Assembly: GCA_964016885.1 (NCBI GenBank)
Contig: OZ024753.1
Span: forward strand, 37,634,001-37,698,000
Reading direction: 5' to 3'
DNA: 64,000 nucleotides
Origin: Eledone cirrhosa
Taxonomy: Eukaryota
In this document: positions 1-16,120 of the stretch, in pieces
How the letters are laid out: each line of letters begins with the position of its first letter
Numbering within the stretch: the stretch's first letter is position 1
Translations under genes and position numbers: made by a program
The notes under the pieces: model-generated
What the model was told of the DNA's origin: nothing
The model's database searches: none
The model's input: the letters and a program-made list of their open reading frames with translations, nothing else

Positions 1-266
1 AGAGAGAGAGAGAAAGAACCACACAGACTCGCACGTTCACACATTGCATTTCATTTAAACGTGTTGCTATGTATAGTATAATATAGTTATTGTGACAGAG
101 GTGAGTCTCTTGAGAGACAAGGCTGTATGGAGAAGGCTGTGCTGTTTATAAAAGGAAGCCTTTATAAGCCATGAACAGGCTTACGTCAGCAACCACAACT
201 ATGGCGATTGACATATACACCATACCATACCACATCACATGTACACATACACCATACTACATTATA

Positions 267-500
267 CTACACATACACCATACCAGAGCACACCACACAT
301 TCACAATACCACACAACAGCATACATACACCACAAAACACCTCGCCACATCATACCACACCACATCACACACATACAATAGTACACATACACCATACCAG
401 AGCACACCACACATTCACAATACCACACAACAGCATACATACACCACAAAACACCTCGCCACATCATGCCACAGCACATCACACACATACACTATACTAC
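267..500. repeat. Tandem duplication (about 117 bp, 2 copies) in CA-rich low-complexity DNA
   Basis: The unit starting tacacatacaccataccagagcacaccac occurs at about 267 and about 383; the ORF track shows the same 39-aa block twice. Confidence 0.8.
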
Positions 501-673
501 ATCACGCCACTCTACATCTCACCACACGTACACCACAAAACACCCCGCCACATCGTCCTGTACATACACCACGCCATCATGGTGGTGGTGGTGCTGGTAC
601 TGATGGTCGTCATGATGTTGCTATTGTTACTGTTGCTGTTTCATATATATTTACATATATGTACGTATGTATG

Positions 674-720
<47 letters not shown>

Positions 721-722
<2 letters not shown>

Positions 723-1022
723 AAGGCGGGTAAAATTCCCGAGATCCATGGACGAGCTCTCTCCAGCGGTCTCTGTCCCTCATTATCGCTGCCATGTCCT
801 GCATCTCCAACAGACCAGTGTCTGTCCTTAGGGCATCAACATACGTTAACCTTGGTCTTCCTCTTCTAGTGTGTCCATGTAGGGGCTCCCACAGGAGCAC
901 TGAGTGCAATGTCAACTCTGGATGTCGGTGAGCATGTCCAGCTAACCTCAGTCTCCTCTGTGTCACTTTTGAGCTGACTTTTGGGATGCTCCCATACAGC
1001 TCTGAGTTGTTCATCCTCAGTG
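721..1022 (-). mobile_element. 5'-truncated RTE-like non-LTR retrotransposon 3' end (ORF C-terminus) within (TA)n
   Basis: Translation QRRLRLAGHAHRHPE..VLLWEPLHGHTRRGRPRLTYVD..DRDRWRELV matches the RTE-type C-terminal motif. The stop is followed directly by (AT)n, and TA arrays lie on both sides. Confidence 0.85.
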
Positions 1023-1772
<750 letters not shown>

Positions 1773-3958
1773 CTGTAAAAGTGATAATGGTGGCTATGTT
1801 ACCTTCATAAATTAACTGTTCTTCTTAATCTATTAGTGATGTCTTTACTTTGAATGTTATATCGATTCAATTGAACTGTCATAACACTTTACTTCCTAAA
1901 CAAGCTTCGGAAAGGTTTCAAGTAAAACTGGCTGAATGTGTTCGATGGTAATGTAATTTTATATGAAATCTATCTAAATAATTACTATTCCCCGACGACG
2001 AGTTTTCAAGGGCTGGTTGATTCATTCTGGTTTCATGATAGATGAGAGGAGATGGAAAAAAATGATGGACCGATGTTTAGGTCGAGTTATGTAGAGGAGA
2101 AAAAAAGGAATGGAAAATAACGGTTAGTTAGATCGAACTAAGGTAACTATTTGTTTCCATTTGTTCTCCTTTTTCTTATACTGTCAGCCGGTCGTCACTT
2201 CTAGAAGAAGAAAATGAAGGAGTCAACTATCAGATCAGACCAAAGCAACAATGATTTCATTAATGTTTCTATCGATGATTCTATCATCTGCTGGCTGCAA
2301 CTCCTTGCAAAAGAAAGGAATAAAGCCAACAGTCACCATGTTTCCATTGGTCTGTTCATTGCTGATATTATGTGCCGGTCGCAATTCCTTGCAGAAACCT
2401 CACAACTGTTCTTGTGACCGGAAGCAGGATTTGAACCCAGAACGCACAGTGTCGCAAAAGATATCGCAAAGTATCACACTCGATTCGTCAATAATTCCGT
2501 TAATCCACGGTTCCTGGATTGATACTTTATTTACTGACCCTGAAAAGATGAAAGGCAAAAGTTGCTCTCTGCGGGATTCGAACTTGGATATGAGAGAACC
2601 AGAACAAATACAAGTATTTAAAATGTTTTTACGACCCTACAAATTCACCATCAGAAATATATAAATAAATAAGTAAATGAATAAATAGATATTCTGTTGT
2701 ATATTATAGCTGGGATCAGGTAACTGTTTTGGATAGCTTACTAAAGGGAAGTAATGCAAAATAAAGTATTCCACAAAAAAACAGAAACGGAACGCAACGT
2801 TTTCAGCAAATATAAACCCATGATCTATAAACCAGGTTGTCCAATAGCTTAATTACTCGACCATCATAGCTTTTTGATAAAGTATTTCGTTAACCTTTAT
2901 ACAATATGTGTGGTATGTGAATGTGTGTGAGCGGGTTAGATATCTTCCTAATTCCAGCCCCTAAGGATTTCGAGGGTCTGCAATTTCATACAAAAAAAAA
3001 CACCCCTTTAATGCCTAAGTTCAATTATTTTATCTTTACACATTTATTTATTCGTAGCTGTTCATAGTTTTATCACAATTTATATATTACCCTAGCTAAT
3101 GTGATTTTCAAACATATAGCTATTCTGTAGGGTATCCATTCAAATAACTATTGCATCATTTGTGTAGAAACCGATACCCCTTTTTATAAACATTGCTTAA
3201 TTCTTGAATATTTAGTCAGCTTAATTCAATTTTAATGAATTCTTGACATTAAAGATTATATTTCAAGGCACAAACTTTAGATTGAAATACTTTTATAAAC
3301 TTATAGCAGTGTCTGCTTAATATATCTATCTCTGAAATGTTAATTTCTGACTAAATGTTGATATATAGGACTCCTTAGAGACTTCGGAGAGATTAAGAAT
3401 ATTTTCCCCGTTTTAACGTGTCTGTCCAAAAATGCCAATTGTCAAGGAGACTGGATTATGGATCAAAGTTACCATATCTTTCTCGCCTGTACGTGAATGA
3501 GATGTCATTGAAGTTTTCCGCCATATATATATACATACATATACACATATACACATATACAGATATACACATATACACGTTTATACATACATATATACAC
3601 GGTCATAAATACAAACAGACCTATGCACCAATGAAATCTATAGGAAACGTCCCTTCTTTTATTTATTACGTTCTCTGAACTGGTAGGTCTAGAGATCGCT
3701 ACCCGCTTATTTTCACGTTACTCGATCACCAATACAAAGTTATAACCAGTCAATTCATCGGAGCTTGTGAGAATGAAAAGAATATACAGGCATGGCTACT
3801 ATATATAGTAGTAATGGCATTCAATCAGAACAATAACAACAGTACTAACAATGCTAGCAATAAATTATTTGAAATAATCACAACATCCATCCACTACCCG
3901 GAGTACCATAACTGGACTACACCTAAGTGGACTACCTATAACAATAATTTGTTACCCC

Positions 3959-4063
<105 letters not shown>

Positions 4064-4187
4064 TTAGTCTGTTGTTTTTGCCGAGAATAAGTAAGTGACA
4101 TAGTCACTACTTTAAAACTCATAGCGAATGGTCTTAAAATGTTTTTAATTAAATATACAGTATATTGCCAAATATACTATACATACA

Positions 4188-4223
<36 letters not shown>

Positions 4224-4636
4224 GACAGGGGGGAAGAAAAAATGGCTTCACTTGTGCTTTCAACAAATTTATTTTCTTCACAAAATCCAAAAAGAATTTT
4301 TCTTAAAAAAAATTATTTTATAAATTAAGTTGTTGGTTGTTGGTTAGGTCTTAGGAGTTCTTGGTTAACGTAGGAGGTATTGTTTCGTTTTTAGAAAGAC
4401 CTTTCACGCTGAGGTGCGCTTGTCCTCTTCTTCCTCCTCCTCCCCCCCCCTCCTCCTCCTCCCCCTCCCCTCCCCCTCTCCTCCTCCTCTACATCTCTCC
4501 TCCTCCCCCTCCCCTCCCCCCAAATAAATATATATATATTTTTTTCGATTTCATCTCTTTTTCTTTATACTTTCACTCGTGTAGGACACCTCGGTTATTT
4601 TTCATTTTGTAAAAAAAAACCTCACTTTCTAATATA

Positions 4637-4706
<70 letters not shown>

Positions 4707-4759
4707 TATGTGTGTGTGTGTGGCGGGGTTAAAAGCGCTTCATCTCCCTATGAAAGACC

Positions 4760-4942
4760 GATTGCATCTGCATTTGCGATTCCTCTGCATCTTCATTTAT
4801 TCTTCTTACAAGTGCATATGATCCTTCCATGAGCAGCCTTGATGAAGACAAAACTGCAATCTATGCACAGCTCAGAATGATCTCGGGAAAATCTTAAGTT
4901 CCGACAAGATCATTTTACTAGGGAACGTCAATGTCAAATTAA
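4760..4942 (+). mobile_element. Degenerate RTE-type apurinic endonuclease relic
   Basis: Frameshifted translation LLTSAYDPSMSSLDEDKTAIYAQL..SSDKIILLGNVNVK resembles the APE motif SAYAPT..E.KD.FY..L..DK.ILLGDFN. Confidence 0.65.
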
Positions 4943-5199
4943 GAAGATTTCGGAACAAGGTGCAGTGAACAGGAAATACAGAGGGGTATAACGAGAAACC
5001 TAGGCGTTGAATATGCTGAACAATAAATAGGGCCTAGGATAGGTTAAATAAACAGGAAATGGGTGTGGGAAGTATTTACCACCTGCTACTTTAGTAGTGA
5101 ATATTTTTTCCTGACTTGAATTACAAATATTTATTTGTTTTTAAATAAAATTTTATCTTGTATTTAAGTAAAAGATTTCGTGTTTGTAAATAAAAATTT

Positions 5200-5470
5200 T
5201 GACATTTAAAGTTGGAGTTGTAAAAAAAAACATTTTCCTAAACACCGCAAAGACTACAAATTGTCCAACAAAAAATACCGTTAACCTTTCACAATCACAA
5301 TTTTGTACAGACAATAACATCATTAAACGCAGCAAAATCTTTAAAAAAACATTCATCTAAACAATTAGAGACAGCTACGTCATTGCAGTTGCAATAATTA
5401 ACAGTCTGTGACTACTCAAAAGACAATGTCAAGCGAAAGTGTTGGTTTATAAAACTACAGTGAATACTGT
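5200..5470 (+). mobile_element. Penelope-like element ORF relic (linker and start of GIY-YIG endonuclease region)
   Basis: KKHFPKHRKDYKLSNKNTVNLS..RHCSCNN*..LKRQCQAKVLVYKTTV resembles the PLE consensus KHFPK.H.L.KIFNRNTVK.SYSC..CNC..CPL.G.C....VYKATV; stops and frameshifts are present. Confidence 0.7.
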
Positions 5471-5528
5471 TTTCTGTTCTTGTGATTGTATGGCTATTAT
5501 CTTGTGGCTATTATCTTGTGGCACCAAG

Positions 5529-5559
<31 letters not shown>

Positions 5560-5636
5560 ATATATATATATAATATAATATATATATATATATAATATAT
5601 ATATATATATATTATATATATATATATAATATATAT

Positions 5637-5921
<285 letters not shown>

Positions 5922-6003
5922 TTGGTGCCGAACCGAACAGCCACATATATATATATATATGTGTGTGTGTGCATATACCTGTGTATTATTATATGTTTAA
6001 TTG

Positions 6004-6034
<31 letters not shown>

Positions 6035-6080
6035 ATGTATGTATGTGTATATATATATATATATATATATCATTTCACCC

Positions 6081-6188
6081 GCTCTGATGAAAACGACTGG
6101 TTTTAAACAAAGTATTGGAGATCGATTGGCGCATAATCAAGCGTATAGCGAACTCTAGACCTGCCAGATCAAAGAAACAATTGTCAGC
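6081..6188 (+). ncRNA. Type I hammerhead ribozyme motif with long stem II
   Basis: gct-CTGATGA-(83 nt)-GAAAC-aatt-GTC-agc; stem I gct/agc; palindromic stem III acaattgt. Confidence 0.6.
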
Positions 6189-7241
6189 AATGTGAATAAA
6201 GCCCTTATTGTATAGCGAACCATGTCACTCTTCTTTCTTGAATTATATATATATATTTTCACGTTTTAGAACACCCCCATTATGAACCATAATATGAGCT
6301 ACGGCTCCCTTTTCTCACTTTCCTGTATATTTTGATGAAGGATAGCGTTCGAAACGTTAAGACTCTCTTCCTACTACATCAAGCGTTAGAGTATTATATA
6401 TCTTCAATCTACTGCATTGTTTGCTTTGTTCGTTTCCGTTTACTTTTTGCACACACACACACACAAATGTGTGTGTCTGTATGCATATACATATTGGCTT
6501 ACTAAATACTTTCAGAAAATGGCACACGGTTTTGTTTTGTTTCTCTGTACCTAATATAAAGAAACTCCTTGTTGTTTGGCAAAAGTTTCTATTTAATTAT
6601 CTCTTTAATTTCAACAACAGTCACTTGTCAAAGATTATGTCTGAAATCCAGCCTGACTTACTCTGAGCAACTGTTAATATTAGACCTACTATTAGCTTAC
6701 TTCGTTTCTTTTCTAGTAAAAAGAATGACACATTTATAGCTAAAGCTTCTGAAAACAGATTTGTTAAGATTGCATTTAAATCCTTCGTCGTACATTGTAT
6801 CATTAATATTTATTTTGTAACAAACATTTAAAGTCCATTTATATATACATATATAAATATAGCGATGGCTTTCCGAAAAGGAATGGAAGAGAATGTATGT
6901 AGTAAAACAATGTTTTTAGAGAAAAATAACAGGTCCATTCATGTTGTCATCTCTTGGAAAACTGTTGATGCTGGTGTTTTGCGTATGATATACTTTATTA
7001 TAAAAGTGGATGATGGAGTGCGTCTGCCTGAAATGGAAAAAAAAAACGTTCTGTATATAGAGCTATACGTGTGTGCGTGTGTATGTGTGTGTGTTATATT
7101 TCCGTACGAAGCTAAGAGGATATGTATGTGTATATGTAAGTAAAAGAGTGTGTGTGTGCTTGTAAGTACGAAGCTGTGAGCAAACGTATGTTGATATAAG
7201 AGAGTGTGTGTATATGTACAGAGCTGTGAAGGGAAAAGTAG

Positions 7242-7382
<141 letters not shown>

Positions 7383-7634
7383 ATATTCATAATTTAAACA
7401 TGATGTTCTTTCAAAAAATGTTTCGTTTTACACCTAAATCTTGTAATAACATTTGAAATGAAAAAAAAAAGGAAATGTATATCTCTTACCTATATGCAGA
7501 TTTAGCTGGCCTTCTCCGTACTTGCATCTCATAGGAGGTTTTTCGTATGTTTTAGTAATAGGGGGCCCCATTCCTATCATAAAAAGAAACAAAATTTACA
7601 AATCAAACCTAAAAGATTCTGCTGAAGAATTCGT

Positions 7635-7945
7635 ATGCTGAAAGGTTGATAGGTTGACCAAGATATTCTCATGGAATGAACAAATGAGGTTTATTTTTAA
7701 ATATAGTCCCTGGAAAGAAACAGTGTAGTTATTAAAAAGAAGTGTTGAAGTTAATGCATGCAAGATTTCACAGCTCTAGCATCACTCCTTTACAATCAGA
7801 CTATGAACTTGTTCACTTTTCACCTGACCCTCGTAGTCCCTGGCATGAAATAATGCAGTTATTTAAAAAAGAGTTAAAGTTAATGCATGCAAGATTTCAC
7901 AGCTTTAGCATCACTCCCTCATAGTCAGACTATGAGCTTTTTAGC
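7635..7945 (+). mobile_element. Mariner-like MITE remnant with an internal tandem duplication of about 130 bp
   Basis: Starts tatgctgaaaggttgataggttgaccaag; the block tagtccctgg..gcatgcaagatttcacagct..cagactatga occurs twice; a related inverted copy lies at about 46290-46445. Confidence 0.5.
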
Positions 7946-8220
7946 CTATCCTCATACGTGGATTTATCTGGGCTACTGGATTTACTAATGACTGGTGTTG
8001 TACACTACGTTTTTCTTTTCATAAGATTTTCTAATCTAGTTTTCAAATAAGAAATAACTCCTCCTTTTCTAATATTCAATATTTATCTTAACAGATTTGT
8101 AACATACTCTTATATACGTGTTAGGGACTTACTTACAAAAATAAACAAGAAGAAATAATATTAGGAAAATACTTTGAAAGACTAACTTATTTTTAAAGCA
8201 TGCATATGTATGTGTGCATG

Positions 8221-8387
<167 letters not shown>

Positions 8388-8478
8388 TGTAGAATTTTTT
8401 TTATTATGACAGGCTGAATGAGTTGGGGAAAACAGCCCAACGAAACTTAAGTACCTGTATATATCACTGTTGTTACTG

Positions 8479-8520
<42 letters not shown>

Positions 8521-8855
8521 CATACATAGATATTTACTACAAACAAAAACAAGACTTATGGAACATATTTTTTGCTTATGAATACATAAGTGTGCAAATA
8601 TATTAATACGGTTTCCCTTAGCGTATTGACTTATTTACTTTCAAAACAAACTTGTAAATATGATATGGATTCACAAATTGAGGCGTCGACACCTTATAAA
8701 GGTTGTGTTACACAAGGTTGAGCCGGTTTGTCAAAGGAGACTATATCACGGAGACTATATTATTGAAGTTTATGTTAGCCTACCCAAATCTTTTTTGTGA
8801 AGATTATTTTAGAATCAAACACAAATTAATGGGAGCTTGCCATTACGAACTTCAT

Positions 8856-8909
<54 letters not shown>

Positions 8910-10008
8910 TTATTACTACTACTACTACTACTACTTCTTTTTCTTCTTGGTTGGCTGGTTGGCTGGTTGGCTGGTTGGATGGTTAATTGGTTGGCTGGAT
9001 GATTGGATAGATAGATAGATTCAGCATGATATTGTGTATAATAAAGGCTGGTCCTAGGTTTCGGCCAGTATTGGCGCAGGCTATGTCTACCTTAATAGCA
9101 CCACCTGCATTTCTAACATTATCTATTGTCTGTTCGTGGTTTTATATTTTTTTCTTTTTAAAATTGTAATTTAGTCCTGGAAAAATTTGATAGAACAGAC
9201 ATTTATCGGAGGTGTTCAGCAGTTGTCATCCTATTTTTATATATTTATGGGTCCCGTCACACCGTACAGCACACTGCCCCCTACATCATGTGCCTTTTTA
9301 CCAGCTTATTACACTGGAACAAAGCAACATACATAGAATACAGCGTCTTGTTTAAGGACACAATACGCCGCGGGAAATCGAACTCACGACATCATGGTCG
9401 TGAACTCGCCACCCTAACCACGAAACCACACACATTCTCCATTAATGTATGATGTAGCTACAGGCTGAAGATGTTCTTTCTCACTTTTTTCTGCCATTCT
9501 TATATGTGTCTGTATTTTACTCGTCCCAATTGAATGTTATGAAAATCGACAACAGATTTCATCCTTTTTTTGTCGTATTTATGTGTATGTGTGTGTGTTT
9601 ATGTGTATGCGTGTGTGTGTGTGTTTATGTGTGTGTTTGTGAGTTATACCCGCGCCTGTGTGTTTGTGGGTGTGCGTATTTGTGTTGTGTGTGTGTTTAT
9701 GTATGTGCGTATGCGTGTGTGTTTGTGTGTGTTTGTGTGAGAATGCGTGTGTTTGTGTGTGTTTGTGTGTGTGCGAATATGTGTGTGTGTTTGTGTGTTT
9801 ACGTGCACGTGTGTTTGTGTGTGTGTTATTTCTTCTAGCCTCTTTTCTAGAAAAAAAAGGTTCTAAGCTAACCTTTTCTTCATAGACCCACCCTGAAAAA
9901 CTTTCTCAGTTCTCAGAGGTGTTGTTTTCCCACGTTAAGTGAATAAGTCTGGATTTATTTATCAAGTTGAAAACAGAATTGTGAATGCCAAATACAATGA
10001 AAGAAAAC

Positions 10009-10044
<36 letters not shown>

Positions 10045-10047
<3 letters not shown>

Positions 10048-10241
10048 AACAAGGAACAAGTAAGACACCGACGGCTGAGCTCAAGCCGTTTCGACGGCTA
10101 ATTCAGTCCAGAATTAGCCGTCGAAACGGCTTGAGCTCAGCCGTCGGGGTCTTACTTGTTCCTATTACCCACTCTACTACCCTAAGTATTGAGTACTTTG
10201 GTGCGTTATGGTCCACCTGGTTCCTTACCACATTTCCTTCG

Positions 10242-10243
<2 letters not shown>
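10045..10243 (+). mobile_element. Fold-back element family C (hammerhead 3' half) within (TA)n
   Basis: Inverted arms of about 50 bp span 10052-10163 and contain GAAACGGCT-tgagctc-AGCCGTC-gggg; TA tracts flank both sides. Confidence 0.8.
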
Positions 10244-10279
<36 letters not shown>

Positions 10280-10382
10280 ATAATGATAAAAGTGAAGTCT
10301 AAAATCCAAAGATGGCTCGATAAGGATAAATATATAAGAACCATAGAGCAACGTTTTTCTGCGTGCACAGATTGATTTTTTT

Positions 10383-10433
10383 AGTTTCAGAAGATCCCGT
10401 TAAGGGTGAAAGCAGCGATTCTTTGCTTAAACT
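10383..10433 (+). ncRNA. Hammerhead-like motif with CAGAAGA core variant (family D)
   Basis: agttt-CAGAAGA-tccc gttaa gggt-GAAAGCA..TGCTT-aaact; all three stems can pair. Confidence 0.6.
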
Positions 10434-10441
10434 TTAATCTG

Positions 10442-10489
<48 letters not shown>

Positions 10490-10491
<2 letters not shown>

Positions 10492-10678
10492 CGAAGGAAA
10501 TGTGGTAAGGAACCAGATGGACCATAACGCACCAAAGTACTCAATACTTAGGGTAGTAGAGTGGGTAATAGGAACGAGTAGGACCCCGACGGCTGAGCTC
10601 AAGCCGTTTCGACGGCTAATTCTGGACAGAATTAACCGTCGAAACGGCTTGAGTTCAGCCGTCGGGGTCCTACTCGTT

Positions 10679-10683
<5 letters not shown>
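10490..10683 (-). mobile_element. Fold-back element family C, inverted copy
   Basis: Near-identical reverse complement of 10045-10243, with an internal palindrome at 10569-10683. Confidence 0.8.
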
Positions 10684-10721
<38 letters not shown>

Positions 10722-11120
10722 TCGCTGATCAAAACCAAACTGTAATACCAGTAAAATTCTCGGGAGTTCTTTTCTTGTTTTATTTTGTTTGTTTGTAAGT
10801 TTTTGTTGAAATCAAATTATTTATTGGATTTAATGTTTTAATTAGGATTTATGGTTTAAATATAATTAAATTTTAATATATTTCTAGTGCGAATATTTTG
10901 AGAAATTTTGTCGTTTAGTAAGGAAGTAGTCTCAGTAAAATAATTAAAGCATCCGAGATATCACCTTTGAGATGCAACTTCGTGGGAAGCTGGCTAAATC
11001 TGCATTGGTATGAGCTTTAATAACAACATTGAATATTATTGATGAAATTCTGATAAAGGAGAAAGTCATTTTTTTGAAATTAGATATCACTAAGTCATAC
11101 GCCTTCACAAAACACACACG

Positions 11121-11199
<79 letters not shown>

Positions 11200-11338
11200 A
11201 AATTATATATATATATACATATATATTATTTATATATATAAATAATATATATATATACATATATATATACATACATATATATATACATATATATATACAT
11301 ATAAATATGTATATATACATATATATACATTTATATAC

Positions 11339-11406
<68 letters not shown>

Positions 11407-11423
11407 TTATATATATATACATT

Positions 11424-11455
<32 letters not shown>

Positions 11456-11513
11456 CATATATATATATATACATATATATATACATATATATATATACAT
11501 TTATATATATACA

Positions 11514-11553
<40 letters not shown>

Positions 11554-12002
11554 TATACATATATATATAAATGTAAGTATGTATGTATACGTACATACAT
11601 ATATGTATACAGACGTACAGTAGTATGTATATATATATACATACATACACACATATATATATATGTACGTATGGGTTTACCGAACATTTATTATAATGCT
11701 CGGTTTGTTTGTAAACAAACAGCCTGAATTACGCCGTACAGTGTTCAGGCAACCATCGTCACCATTTTGTTCAACACTGACACAGGAACGATGTATACGT
11801 CTGAATACATATATGTATGTACGTATACATACTTACTTACATTTAAGTACCAGCCGTACTAAGAGTGAGAAATGAAATTTCGTTTCATTCTTTTCTATAT
11901 ATATATATAATATATATATTTATAAATATATATATATTATAAATATATATATTATATATTATAAATATATATATATATATTATAAATATATATATATATA
12001 AT

Positions 12003-12107
<105 letters not shown>

Positions 12108-12165
12108 TATATATATATAATATATATATATATATATAATATATATATATATATATAATATATAT

Positions 12166-12238
<73 letters not shown>

Positions 12239-12267
12239 TATATATATAATATATATATATATAATAT

Positions 12268-12340
<73 letters not shown>

Positions 12341-12673
12341 GATCAGGTATGAGAAAAAGAGTAAAAATATGACGAAAGGGTCATACAAGTGTTAGTATTA
12401 GTCGTCGTCAGCAACGCCCCGTAACCTAATGGTGTTGTATTGCCATCATAAGTATTCTTAGTTCAAATATCCAGTAGAGGGACTTATAATCCAGTATGTC
12501 ACAGTTCAGTTTGTTCAATCCATTTGGGAATGATGACTGAGGGAGGCTCTTGTCCTCTCCAGAGAGAAACCTATCTCTCATCAATATATAATACAGTTTT
12601 TAAAAATGGTCCTTAAGAGTCCAATGTGTGGTGTAAGATACATTTACATTCGACACAGAGAAACTCATACACT

Positions 12674-12783
<110 letters not shown>

Positions 12784-12791
12784 TTATATAT

Positions 12792-12875
<84 letters not shown>

Positions 12876-13026
12876 ATATATATATATATATATATCCTCC
12901 ACCCACCACCCACCACTCTCAAGCGTGAACCTAATACCTACCACCTTTCGTAACTATACTCCTTCTTGTTGTTATTTACTTTTCCAATACATATAGATAT
13001 ATAGATATAGATATATTACATATATG

Positions 13027-13395
<369 letters not shown>

Positions 13396-13785
13396 ATATA
13401 TATATACATTTATTTTAGTATTTATGAATTTATGATGCATTTAATATATTTTAAGCTAATTTCAACGTAAAACTCTATATCTTAATGTTCGTATATACAT
13501 ATATATATATTATATATATACACTCACATTTGCTCTAACCTTTTACCATATTTGTCAATAAAATATGTTATTGGGTGAAAATGTTCGTTGGGCATTGTGT
13601 AGATTTTATTTCATTCAACAGACCCAGTCATGAGATTGGATCATGAATAGTGCCACAATGAGGCCTCAATTGATTATTATCTATGGCTGGGAAGTACTAA
13701 AACCACACTCACTGCTACTTAATGGGCATATCAGGGAAATCTGGCATATCAGGCATATGGTGCCTTCAACTCCGTTCGTGCTGAA

Positions 13786-13825
<40 letters not shown>

Positions 13826-13882
13826 TTGTGAGAGAGAGAGAGAGAGTTTGTGTGTATTTATATATGTAGATATACATATATG

Positions 13883-13949
<67 letters not shown>

Positions 13950-13955
<6 letters not shown>

Positions 13956-14416
13956 TTATATATAGATATATACATATATATATATATGTGTGTATATATA
14001 TTTATATATATATATGTGTATATGTATATATATATATATGTATATATATGTATATATATGTATACATAGATATATACATATATATAAATTTATATATAGA
14101 TATATACATATATATATATATGTGTGTATATATATTTATATATATATGTGTATATGTATATATATATATATATGTATATATATATGTATACATAGATATA
14201 TACATATATATAAATTTATATATAGATATATACATATATATATATATATGTGTGTATATATATTTATATATATATATATGTGTATATGTATATATATATA
14301 TATATGTATATATATGTATACATAGATATATACATATATATAAATTTATATATAGATATATACATATATATATATATGTGTGTATATATATTTATATATA
14401 TATATATGTGTATATG

Positions 14417-14449
<33 letters not shown>

Positions 14450-14477
14450 GTATACATAGATATATACATATATATAA

Positions 14478-14490
<13 letters not shown>
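13950..14490. repeat. Higher-order minisatellite (unit of about 126-134 bp) built from TA/TG microsatellite
   Basis: The marker aaatttatatata recurs at about 13952, 14086, 14212, 14342 and 14476. Confidence 0.8.
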
Positions 14491-14539
<49 letters not shown>

Positions 14540-14584
14540 ATATATATTTATATATATATATATGTGTACATGTATATATATATA

Positions 14585-14618
<34 letters not shown>

Positions 14619-14892
14619 GACTTATATGTGTGTGTGACTGTGTGTGAGAGAGAGAGACAGAGACAGAGAGAGAGAGAGAGTGAGAGTAAATAAATGTGTA
14701 TATCATGAATTAATTAGCATAATACTAAAACAGTCGAGGTTAACTTTGCCTTTCATCCTTCTGGCGTCGATAAAATAAGTACCAGTAACACACTGGGGTC
14801 GATTTGATCGACTTTAACCTTTAAATCGCTGGCTTTGTACCAAATGTAGAAACAATTACTATTACTAGTATATATATATATTACTATTACTA

Positions 14893-14937
<45 letters not shown>

Positions 14938-14947
14938 CATACATATG

Positions 14948-15006
<59 letters not shown>

Positions 15007-15011
15007 CTTTA

Positions 15012-15228
15012 AGCGATCGACTTTCGTCAAATCGGACCGAGGAAACAATGTTTCCGTTGGTCTTTCCAATTGCTAATACTATCTATCGGTCGCAACTCCA
15101 GGTAGAAGAAGCAACGTGAAATAAAGTGTCTTGCTCAAGGACATAACGCATCGCCTGGTCCAGGAATCGAACTCACAACTTCACGATTGCGAATCCAATT
15201 CTCTAACCACTCAGCCACACGCATTCAC
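15012..15228 (-). mobile_element. Young tRNA-derived SINE
   Basis: Reverse complement of 19974-20196; Pol III A and B boxes present. Confidence 0.85.
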
Positions 15229-15298
15229 ATATATATATACACATATATATATATACTGTATATATATATATATATATATATATTCACACGACACAAAC

Positions 15299-15352
<54 letters not shown>

Positions 15353-15408
15353 TATATACATATATATGTATATATATACACATACATATATATGTATATA
15401 TATACATA

Positions 15409-15546
<138 letters not shown>

Positions 15547-15568
15547 CACTTGTATGGTTTGTGTCGTG

Positions 15569-15641
<73 letters not shown>

Positions 15642-15977
15642 TATATATATATATATACAGTATATATATATATATACAGTATATATATATATATATTCAC
15701 ACGACACAAACCATACCAAAACTTGCACCGAAGAATTTTACAACTATAAACTTAAAATATTTCGAAACCTTCTGGTAGGTGTTAACAGAACACAAGTAAA
15801 CATCTAGTTATTCACATCTTAAACTTATACACATAAAACACATAATATTTTCCTACTTTATCTTGGCGCCGCACTAGATTCGAATATAACACTTTGATGT
15901 GACGACAAAATGGTGGTGGTTTTAACGGGTTTGTTGTGACGGAATACTCCTAAGTTAAAAGAATACAAGAAAAAAAT

Positions 15978-16120
15978 AATTGTTTCTACTTTAGGCACAA
16001 GGCCAGCAATTACCCAGTGCATTACTGGTACTTTATTTTATCGACCCCGTAAGGGTGAAAGGCAAAGTCAACCTCGACGGGATTTGAACTCAGATCGTAA
16101 AGGGACGTAACTATGCTGGA
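15978..16120 (-). mobile_element. Abundant SINE family (ctgagttcaaatcccgccgagg..gcctttcatcc..gggtcgataaaataaagtaccag)
   Basis: The same core recurs at about 14730, 18060, 21490, 23975, 25461, 35110, 35420, 37300, 57905, 59400-59670, 60670, 62180-62700 and 63710. Confidence 0.8.

Noticed and set aside
12370-12420. Possible minus-strand hammerhead (CTGACGA)
   Set aside because: No GAAA follows in register; at best a deleted remnant.
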